Shown: positions 7,384-15,583 of the stretch, in pieces | Position numbering within the stretch: the stretch's first letter is position 1 | How the letters are laid out: each line of letters opens with the position of its first letter | Assembly: GCA_048938025.1 (NCBI GenBank) | Contig: JBHLMP010000007.1 | Span: 1-19,780 of the forward strand | Direction: 5' to 3' | From: Promethearchaeota archaeon | GTDB taxonomy: Archaea > Asgardarchaeota > Lokiarchaeia > Sigyniarchaeales > SOKP01 | DNA: 19,780 bases | The notes under the pieces: model-generated | The model's input: only the letters and a program-made list of their open reading frames with translations | Databases searched by the model: none | What the model was told of the DNA's origin: nothing | Position numbers and translations under genes: made by a program

Positions 7384-9765
7384 ATGGATCGTAAAAGATT
7401 AATTTTTGCTATTTTCCTCACTAGTTCATTAATCTTTGCATTATCTTCTTTTGGAGTTGGAGAATCCTACCCAAATTCATCATATAATTATAATAATGAC
7501 GATCTTTACGACATAGAATATTTTGAGTTAATAAATAAAGCATTTGAATTAAAAAGTTCAGAAAAGCAATTATTAAACGATAATAAGTTTGTTGTTTTAA
7601 ATCGAATGGGAACGGACGATATATTAGATGCTTATAAGTTTTACTGGGAGAATGAGTTGCCCATTTTCATAACAACTGATACCATGCTTCATACATGGCA
7701 TTTAATCTTTGATTATACTCTTAAAAAGCTCGAAGAAAAAATCTTCTATCCTCTTCTTAGTGAACTAGCTGATAAGATTGCCTTAAATGCATTAATGGAA
7801 TATAATAATAATTTTTTAATGGGAGATACTCTAATTTATCTTATAGTAGCCTCTGAACTAGCGAACTCGACTTATAGTGAAGGACTCCCTCCAGATATTA
7901 AAAATGCTTCAGAAAAGATCTTAAATGCCATAATGGATGAAATTTCATTAGAATCAGCTATCTCTCAATTTGACACTGAATTAACAAGGCGATTTATTGA
8001 TGATTTCAGTCAATATAAACCAAGAGGACATTACATCCTTTCAGAAACCTTGCAAAGTTACTTCCGATTATTTAAATGGTTTTCTCGAATCCCTTTCTTT
8101 TTTGATGATTATCTAGGGAAATGCTTTCTTCAGACAAACCCAAATGATATGATTAAATCTACATTAGAGACTACATGGCTATTGAAAGAAACAACTATTA
8201 CATGGTTAGAGAATAATGTGTCTGGTCTCGAAATTTGGAATATATTTAAATCATTTTTAGATGTAATTGTTGGTCAAACTTATTCAATATCTCCACTTAT
8301 GATTGATAATATTTGTAAAGATCTTATAGGTGATTTATGGAATATTGGTGATATTGATAATAATTTAGTAACCCAGGTCCAAGAAAATGTATTAAATGAT
8401 CCAACAATTCCAAAACCTAAATCCCCTTTTATTATTGATGTTATAGCGGGTGCAAATTATTCTCCTAAAACATTTGTGGTGTTTGGTGAGCGATTAACCC
8501 TAGACAGCTATGCTCTTAATCACTTCGTCTATCCCTATGTTGGTAATTATAGATTTTTACCAACTAGTTTAGATTTCGCAGCAGCATGTTTAGAATCAGA
8601 CCGCTCATTTGAGCTTCTTATAAATGAATTTGATAAATATCCAGGATTACTAGAACAAATATTAGAGATGCAGGAGGAATTGGGTAATCTTACTGGATTA
8701 GAAAAACAAACTGCTCATTGGCAGTGGATTGAATCGTTAAAAAATATTGCTGTTACTGAACCTGAATGCAATGGAAGTATTATCCTGCCTGAATTCATGA
8801 ACTCATCTGCTTGGTTAGATGAAAAACTCACAACTATTATGGGTTCATGGACTCAATTGAAACATGACATGATCCTCTACTCAAAGCAATCAATGACAAC
8901 TCTTAGTGCAATAGTACATTATAACACACCTATAGGTTATGTTGAACCATATCCAGAATTTTACAGAACCTTAAATCAATTAAGTCAACTGTATAATTCT
9001 TCGTTAAAACCGTTAGAAACAATTGGATATAATTTTTCTACCAATGATTATGATTATTTTTGGGCATTAGATAATTTTTATGAAGCAGGTGTAATGCTTG
9101 AGACAATTTCTTACAAAGAACTAAACGGTTCACAGTTAACTGAAGAAGAAAAGCAATTTATTAAATCAACCTATGGAGAAGATTGGATTTCTGGAGATAA
9201 GGTTGTTGTTGGATGGTTAGGTGATATAATTAGGAAGCTTGATATAACTTACGGAAAAATAGAAATTTGGCCAAATACACGCACATCACTAGTTGCTGAC
9301 ATACATACGGACACAAATACAGGGGACATCTTACACTTAGCTACTGGTCTTTTAGAACCATTAATAGCAATCGTTCCTGGATGGGATGGTGAAGATATAA
9401 CTGTTGCAGGTCCAGTATTTTCTTTTTATGAATTTAATTTATCTGATTATACACGATTAAACGATTATGAATGGAGAGGAATCCTCAAATTATGGTTGGA
9501 AGGAGGCTGTGATAGTTGTGATTTTGAAAGATTTCAAAGGGGTTTTTGGGCTGAAAGTTATATGGTTTCAACAGAAATAACTACGAGTAGGATTTTTTAC
9601 GATTTTGAGGATTTTGAACCTCCAGAATGGTTTGAACCAGGACGCACTCTAGATGGAACTAAAAACACTATTTCAAGCTACAATATTCTAATAATACTTA
9701 CGTTCATTTCGGTAATTTTTGTGATTATAGTAGTTAAGATAAAATGTCAGTTAATAAATTATTAA
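7384..9765 (+). CDS. DUF3160-family secreted/surface protein with C-terminal membrane anchor
   Basis: Signal peptide MDRKRLIFAIFLTSSLIFAL. Family-like motifs PIFITTD, DFSQYKPRGHY, SWTQLKHDMILYSKQS, GYVEPYPEFY, VADIHTD and GPVFSFYEF. The C-terminus is ISSYN, then a TM helix, then KIK. Confidence 0.85.
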   Translation: MDRKRLIFAIFLTSSLIFALSSFGVGESYPNSSYNYNNDDLYDIEYFELINKAFELKSSEKQLLNDNKFVVLNRMGTDDILDAYKFYWENELPIFITTDTMLHTWHLIFDYTLKKLEEKIFYPLLSELADKIALNALMEYNNNFLMGDTLIYLIVASELANSTYSEGLPPDIKNASEKILNAIMDEISLESAISQFDTELTRRFIDDFSQYKPRGHYILSETLQSYFRLFKWFSRIPFFFDDYLGKCFLQTNPNDMIKSTLETTWLLKETTITWLENNVSGLEIWNIFKSFLDVIVGQTYSISPLMIDNICKDLIGDLWNIGDIDNNLVTQVQENVLNDPTIPKPKSPFIIDVIAGANYSPKTFVVFGERLTLDSYALNHFVYPYVGNYRFLPTSLDFAAACLESDRSFELLINEFDKYPGLLEQILEMQEELGNLTGLEKQTAHWQWIESLKNIAVTEPECNGSIILPEFMNSSAWLDEKLTTIMGSWTQLKHDMILYSKQSMTTLSAIVHYNTPIGYVEPYPEFYRTLNQLSQLYNSSLKPLETIGYNFSTNDYDYFWALDNFYEAGVMLETISYKELNGSQLTEEEKQFIKSTYGEDWISGDKVVVGWLGDIIRKLDITYGKIEIWPNTRTSLVADIHTDTNTGDILHLATGLLEPLIAIVPGWDGEDITVAGPVFSFYEFNLSDYTRLNDYEWRGILKLWLEGGCDSCDFERFQRGFWAESYMVSTEITTSRIFYDFEDFEPPEWFEPGRTLDGTKNTISSYNILIILTFISVIFVIIVVKIKCQLINY

Positions 9766-10301
9766 TTAATACTACTATATCATAATTAAGATTTTGTGAA
9801 TAAATAGGCTAATACATTTCGAATATTTATTTAGAATTGCTTGGTAGATTAAGCAATTTAAGAACTATCTTTACTTTTAAAAGAATGATTTCTCTTATTC
9901 CAGAATTAGTTGCTTATACATTAAGATATGGTATGAAAGTAAGTAATATACGTATTAGCCAACCGGATGCATTTTTTTACCCCAAAAGCTATTTTAAAAG
10001 GAATTATATGTGATTCAAATTGAAATTTTTGTTTACACGGATTACACGTTTGAGATTCAATTGATTTTCACATATTTTTAACCCCATTGACTAAATACGC
10101 AATATTACTTATGATACCTAACTAAAATACAGTTTAATATTTATATCGAGATTATCGGATTTTTAATTTATAAACATTTAAATATTCATATTGTTATGTT
10201 TATACATTTAATTAATATAGTGAAAAAAGAAATCAGATGTACTAGTTTAGAAAATAAACTATTTAAACTATGGGTTCACATTAGATAATGTAGATGAATT
10301 C

Positions 10302-10484
10302 ATGAGAGAAAGAAAGTGTTTTAGATGTGGTAAAGATTTAGATTTTGAGAGTTATATAAAAAATAGTAGTTCTAAAACTAGAGAACATTTAACTATGCTT
10401 TGGAATAGTGATTATATAGAGTTCTATTGTTGTCATTGCTATAATATTAAAGTGAAGTATCAACCTTACCTTGATTTAGATTAA
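10302..10484 (+). CDS. Small zinc-finger/zinc-ribbon-like protein (60 aa)
   Basis: CFRC ... CCHC Cys pairs and the segment LWNSDYIEFYCC. It is convergent with the next gene with a 20-nt gap. Confidence 0.7.
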   Translation: MRERKCFRCGKDLDFESYIKNSSSKTREHLTMLWNSDYIEFYCCHCYNIKVKYQPYLDLD

Positions 10485-10504
10485 GAACTCCACAAATAGT
10501 TTAA

Positions 10505-11569
10505 TTACTCCTTTTTTACCTCTTCAATGACTTCAGAAGTCCGATGCAACAATTCATAAGCCACTTCTGGCATATACCAGCCTGACAATCCACAGTCAGG
10601 ACCTACAAATTTTAAGTATTCTCCATAATGTTCTATAGCTTCAAGCAAATTATTTTTAATTCTTTCTTTTGAATCAATTAGACTCATTGTTCCTTCAATA
10701 GTTTTTAAAAAATCATATGAAACTCCTGAATCTAAAGCTTCTGCCATGATATTATTAACATTAGTCCTTGTAATACCGACACGGATAAATTTATCATGGT
10801 GCTCTAGTTCTCTTTTTGGAATTTTGTTAGTTTTGTTTGAAGCATATTCACAAGTTAAAACATCAAAATTTTTTGTTTGTAAAGGAATTGATGCTAAATT
10901 AAGAGTATGAATATGGAATTGATGTATAGCCTCAATTTTTTCTATAGTTTTGTCAAAAACTTGTATTAATTCATCATTATCAATATTAATTAAATCAACG
11001 TAACCAAAAGAAGGTTCATCGACAGAAATGATTGAAGTTTTCATGTATTTTGTATTGATAATGGAATTTTTTAAGAAAGAATTTATTGATTTAGCAAAAT
11101 TTAATGCCATATCTAAATAAATCGTAAAATTTAATTTCTTAATATACATTTCTATAGGTCCTGTTATACATAATTTAATATTGAGAGGCTCATCTGTTTT
11201 TTCATAGTATTCCACCGCAAATTTATCAAGCACGAACATTTCTGGAATAAAAGCTTTATCTGGATCTATTAAATTTGGCTCAGTTTCATAATCAGATAAT
11301 GGCTTTAAAAATTGTTTGTACATATCCATATGCTGGGGATAATTAACTATTTCTACTCCTGCTTTTAATTTAAACTGAAATGATTGAAGAAGTGGGTGAA
11401 TAAAATAATTATAAATTCCTCGATGCTCAAAAATATCCACTTTATTTATTATTGCTTTATAGGCAGTCCAATAAAACTGCTTAAACACTTCCTTATCCAC
11501 ATAATTCGGTAATGGAAAACTACCTACATCATCAAACTTAGGAAACTCACTCAATTTAGTTGACCACAT
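10505..11569 (-). CDS. Core (folate-independent) methionine synthase, MetE C-terminal-domain-like, MesC-like
   Basis: FDDVGSFPLP, NYPQ..DMY.QF, CITGP, SVDEPS, HIH, CEY and GPDCGL motifs. It is a single barrel of 354 aa lacking the MetE N-terminal folate-binding half. The subfamily call is from recalled similarity to methanosarcinal MesC and was not searched. Confidence 0.75.
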   Translation of the reverse strand: MWSTKLSEFPKFDDVGSFPLPNYVDKEVFKQFYWTAYKAIINKVDIFEHRGIYNYFIHPLLQSFQFKLKAGVEIVNYPQHMDMYKQFLKPLSDYETEPNLIDPDKAFIPEMFVLDKFAVEYYEKTDEPLNIKLCITGPIEMYIKKLNFTIYLDMALNFAKSINSFLKNSIINTKYMKTSIISVDEPSFGYVDLINIDNDELIQVFDKTIEKIEAIHQFHIHTLNLASIPLQTKNFDVLTCEYASNKTNKIPKRELEHHDKFIRVGITRTNVNNIMAEALDSGVSYDFLKTIEGTMSLIDSKERIKNNLLEAIEHYGEYLKFVGPDCGLSGWYMPEVAYELLHRTSEVIEEVKKE

Positions 11570-11849
11570 TTATAATTAAAATGTGAAAAAATCAAAAAAG
11601 AAAATTTCGCAACTGTATATTATTCTTTTGAATTCTTTTGCAATATTTGTTCTATAACTTTAAGATCTTTTAATTTATCAATGAAGAAGTCTTTTAATAA
11701 AGTATATATATTCATTTTTAGCATTATATATAAAGAACATGCTTTAAATAGCTGAAAGCTTTAAAAAAGTAGTAATCCATTATTTTATTCAAATAATATT
11801 AACAACTTGTATTGTAGTCAAAAAATAATTTTAGAAAGAAGTGAATATT

Positions 11850-12974
11850 ATGTCAAAAGCAGAAAAATTGCCCAAAGAATGTATAGAGTATATGACTCCA
11901 ATGGAAAGGATAACGGGTCTTTTATTACGAAAAAAACTGGATAGAGTTCCGTGCTTTCCATTCGTTTCAGCAGCAGCAGCTCAGCTTAGACGGTTAAACT
12001 ATGGAGAATATGCTACAAAACCAGATTTATTCTTAAGATGTCAAATAGAAGCTCAACAGCTTATTGGGTATGATGGTATTACAGCAATGCCAGATCTTTG
12101 CGTTGAGGCTCAAGGTTTTGGAGCAAAAATCATATATCCCCCAGATAACGCGGGTTATCCAGATCCTTATAATCCAGTTCTTAAATCTCCAGATGATTAT
12201 AAAAACATAGGTAAATTATTTGATTGGTCCCATGCTGACAGGATGAAAAATCAAATAAGAGTAGTTAAAACCATAAAGGAGGAATTACCTGATTTAATGA
12301 TAGGAGGGATGACAATAGGTCCATTAGGATTGATAAGCCGGCTTCGTAATATTAATGAACTCGTCCGAGATTTCACGTATCATAAAGACAAGCTCCATGA
12401 AGCTCAAGAAATTGTAACCGATATTCAAATAGAATATATTGAAAAACAAATTGAGGCAGGAGCTCGAACAATCATGGTTCCTGTAGTTTTAGCCGAAAGA
12501 GAACTTATGAGTAAGGAAATGTGGTTAGAATTGGATATGCCTTATCAAAAGAAGATTGCCAATTTTGTGAGAAAAAAACGAGTTTTTTATATGGTTCATA
12601 CTTGTGGTAGAGGTCCCTATTTTGATCTGTTAATTGAACATCTTCGACCAGTTCTTATTCAAAATGCATACTTACCTGATGGTATAAAAACTGAACAGGA
12701 AATGGTTGAAAAATATGGGAAGAAATTAATATTTTTAGGATTTTTAAGCGTTTCATTACTTGCATGGGCACATCCTTATGAAGTTATAGCGGAATGTAAA
12801 AGGCAACTTGAAGTTTTCGGAAAGTCACCCGCAGGTTATATTCTTGGAGCGTCTTGTGAATATCCACCCTATGCACCCTTATATAATGCGATGGCTGTTG
12901 TTAAAGCTGCTAGGACATATGGTAAAAATTTTCAAACTGGTAAGGGAGCCAATTATGAAGAAGAAGGAGGTTAA
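11850..12974 (+). CDS. MtaA/CmuA-type methyltransferase (uroporphyrinogen decarboxylase family)
   Basis: MTPMER...DRVPCFP, DLCVEAQGFGA, GPLG, and Zn ligands HTCG plus GASCEYP. It is adjacent to a corrinoid protein. The start is set at ATG 11850, 5 nt after AAGTGA. Confidence 0.88.
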   Translation: MSKAEKLPKECIEYMTPMERITGLLLRKKLDRVPCFPFVSAAAAQLRRLNYGEYATKPDLFLRCQIEAQQLIGYDGITAMPDLCVEAQGFGAKIIYPPDNAGYPDPYNPVLKSPDDYKNIGKLFDWSHADRMKNQIRVVKTIKEELPDLMIGGMTIGPLGLISRLRNINELVRDFTYHKDKLHEAQEIVTDIQIEYIEKQIEAGARTIMVPVVLAERELMSKEMWLELDMPYQKKIANFVRKKRVFYMVHTCGRGPYFDLLIEHLRPVLIQNAYLPDGIKTEQEMVEKYGKKLIFLGFLSVSLLAWAHPYEVIAECKRQLEVFGKSPAGYILGASCEYPPYAPLYNAMAVVKAARTYGKNFQTGKGANYEEEGG

Positions 12975-12979
12975 AAGCT

Positions 12980-13627
12980 ATGTCAGATGAAGAAATTTTA
13001 AAGAAGCTTAAGGAAAGTGTTCTAGATTTTGATGAAGAGACTGCTAAAGAAGCTGCTAAGGAAGCAATAAAGGCTGGAATTGACCCATTAAAAGCAATAA
13101 AGGAGGGACTATACTTGGGCTTAAAAGAAATTGCAGATCACTATGAAGACACTTTCTTTATAACAGATATGATAATAGCTTCAGATGTATTCTATGCGGG
13201 TGCGAATATTTTAAAATCTAAAATAGATCCAGAAAAAGCTAAAACAGATAGTAAAGGAACAGCTGTTATTGGCGTTGTGAAAGGAGATATTCATGATCTT
13301 GGCAAGAACATGGTGAAATACCTATTTGAAGCTGAAGGTTTCAAAATTATTGATCTGGGATTTGATGTTCCTGCTGAGAAATTTGTTGAAGAGGCAGAGA
13401 AAAACAATGCAGATTTTATCTTAATTTCGTTAATGCTAAGCTCAAGGTTTCCTGAAATCGGAAAAATCGTTAATTTAGCTAAAGAAAAAAAGTTACAAGC
13501 AAATGGAGTGAAAATTATGGCTGGTGGGGGCCCCGTTTCAGAAAAAATAGCCTATGAACAAGGTGCTGATGGATGGGCACTCACAGCGCCTTTAGCGGTT
13601 AAAAAAGCTTTAGATTTGCTTAAATAA
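12980..13627 (+). CDS. Corrinoid (cobalamin-binding) methyl-carrier protein, MtaC/MtbC-like
   Basis: N-terminal cap domain, B12 motif GDIHDLGKN (DxHxxG), IDLGFDVP, MAGGGP and GADGW. GGAGGT ribosome-binding site, 5 nt after the upstream stop. Confidence 0.93.
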   Translation: MSDEEILKKLKESVLDFDEETAKEAAKEAIKAGIDPLKAIKEGLYLGLKEIADHYEDTFFITDMIIASDVFYAGANILKSKIDPEKAKTDSKGTAVIGVVKGDIHDLGKNMVKYLFEAEGFKIIDLGFDVPAEKFVEEAEKNNADFILISLMLSSRFPEIGKIVNLAKEKKLQANGVKIMAGGGPVSEKIAYEQGADGWALTAPLAVKKALDLLK

Positions 13628-13651
13628 GATATCAAATAGGATTGATATTAA

Positions 13652-15487
13652 TTAACAATTATAGAAGAAGTTAAATAAGAGATTAATCTCTTTTTCTTTT
13701 ACCTTAAATAAATCGAAAATTAATTTATCAATTCTTACTTGAATTTCTTTTCTATTCCCGCTGGATAGAACTAATTGTTTTGTTAATTTTTTTATTAAAG
13801 ATATTTTCTTACAGTCCTTTTCTGATGTAAAGTTTTCTATAAAAGGGATGGGCAGATCATATTCTAATTTTGTCTTACTTCGCTTTATCCGAATATTTTT
13901 TGCGTTAAATAAAAAACGGACTAATTTAGAATTCAAATACGCTATCATAAATGTGTAATCAATAGATTTTTGGATAAATCTTGGCCATAAGAAATATGTA
14001 TCAGATGTAGCAAAATATGATGAATTTGAATATCCGAAAATATTCTCGTTAGATATATACTTAAAAAAGATCTTTGTACCCTTTTCATAAAAAGGTTCAA
14101 GATCAATTAAGGTTTCATTGGAATCATTTTCATTTCTCCGGATAAACGTCCCTCTTCTTGGAAAAAAATAATCATTTGGATTCTCTTTCGCATTAACTAA
14201 AATATTTTGTAATTCTGTTTTATATTGTTTTAGGTATTGAATTAGATTTGGATATTTTTCTTCAAAAAATCGATTTCTTTCCTCTATATTCGCACCATTA
14301 AATTCATTTTTATTAAAATAGATAGCATACCCGGTATGATCACCTTTATAATAACTGTAAGACTTTATTGATTTACTTTTATAAATTTTCTTAAGTCTTT
14401 CTTTCTCACTATCTAAAATCTTTACAAATTTATTATTAATTTTTATATATACATCTCGCTTCTCTATTTTAAGATTCTTTCCTTCATTTAAAATAAATAA
14501 ATTATCTTTAATAAAAATTATACCATTACGTACTATAAATCTATCCTTAAGATAAGAGATTTTACCATTAACGATACATTTTTTTTCAATATTATCAATA
14601 ATCTCCTTAATCTCTTCCGGATATAATAAGTTCCAACTTCGATCTGGTTTCAAATCATTATTAGTTATAGCAGATTTATACTTTCTTATGCTTCTATTAT
14701 CATCTCCTAATAATCCCTCTTTAAAAATCAATGTATTAAAATTTTCATTATTATTACTTGAATTTCCATTCTTTGTAATCTGAATTACTTGAATAGGTTC
14801 GTTTACGGATCGTTGCTTCTCCAGATCTGTTTTTTTCCTAAGAATAAAAATACAATTATGCTGCCCCTCTGCTCCTTTAAATAAAGTCATATTTGATAAG
14901 TCAATGTATTGAAGTAAAAAACATTCCTCTAATATATGGGGTTTTAATAATTTTATCCCTGTTTTTTTAGATTTTGTTAACCAATAATTTGTTGTAATAA
15001 ATGATAAAATTCCACCTGGTTTAAGCTTTAAAATCCCTAAATGGATAAAGTAATAAAATAAATCCATATTTCCTACAAAATATTTTTTACAAATTGGAAA
15101 TTTCTTTATATAATTTTTAAATACATCTGCGTTGTAATTTTGACCTAAATAAGGAGGATTTCCAATAATTATATCAAACTTTTCATTTAGATCTGAACCC
15201 AAAAAGTTTTCAAAAATAAATCTTACGTGAGGATAATTCTTTAAAAGATTATTCTTCAAACGATTATCCATTTCATAAGCAGTTATGTCTAAAAAGTTGC
15301 TTTGAATAAGATATTTCAGAAATATACCTTCTCCTACAGATGGTTCCAAAACTTTTAAATGATGAGTTTTTTTATCGGTCGTAATAAAATTAGATATGTT
15401 TTTAACCATAAATTTTGCGATATATTTAGGAGTAAATATTTGTCCTATTAAATTATATCCTCTTTTTTTATCATTTTTTAAAACCAT
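13652..15487 (-). CDS. N6-adenine DNA methyltransferase, gamma class (TaqI/Eco57I-like) with C-terminal target-recognition region
   Basis: GQIFTP (motif X), VLEPSVGEGIF (motif I, SAM binding), IIGNPPY (motif IV), DLFYYFI and LKPGGILSFIT. The C-terminal region has AYLNSKL. No N-terminal endonuclease domain is evident. Confidence 0.9.
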   Translation of the reverse strand: MVLKNDKKRGYNLIGQIFTPKYIAKFMVKNISNFITTDKKTHHLKVLEPSVGEGIFLKYLIQSNFLDITAYEMDNRLKNNLLKNYPHVRFIFENFLGSDLNEKFDIIIGNPPYLGQNYNADVFKNYIKKFPICKKYFVGNMDLFYYFIHLGILKLKPGGILSFITTNYWLTKSKKTGIKLLKPHILEECFLLQYIDLSNMTLFKGAEGQHNCIFILRKKTDLEKQRSVNEPIQVIQITKNGNSSNNNENFNTLIFKEGLLGDDNRSIRKYKSAITNNDLKPDRSWNLLYPEEIKEIIDNIEKKCIVNGKISYLKDRFIVRNGIIFIKDNLFILNEGKNLKIEKRDVYIKINNKFVKILDSEKERLKKIYKSKSIKSYSYYKGDHTGYAIYFNKNEFNGANIEERNRFFEEKYPNLIQYLKQYKTELQNILVNAKENPNDYFFPRRGTFIRRNENDSNETLIDLEPFYEKGTKIFFKYISNENIFGYSNSSYFATSDTYFLWPRFIQKSIDYTFMIAYLNSKLVRFLFNAKNIRIKRSKTKLEYDLPIPFIENFTSEKDCKKISLIKKLTKQLVLSSGNRKEIQVRIDKLIFDLFKVKEKEINLLFNFFYNC

Positions 15488-15583
15488 CTTACCTTAATAT
15501 TAGGTTATAAAGTCTAAATATTTGCTGGTTAATTCATTTTGAAAAGCAAAAAAGTAGGAAGAAAAAAAGATAGATGTATTGGA

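Noticed and set aside
11570-11849. Short direct repeats (ATTCTTTTG twice, GCTTTAAA twice) and a possible cobalamin or SAM riboswitch in the divergent spacer
   Set aside because: The region is extremely AT-rich with no GC-paired stems or B12-box, and the repeats are compatible with chance or TATA elements.
12808-12990. 60-aa plus-strand ORF
   Set aside because: It overlaps the methyltransferase 3' end out of frame and has no recognisable features.
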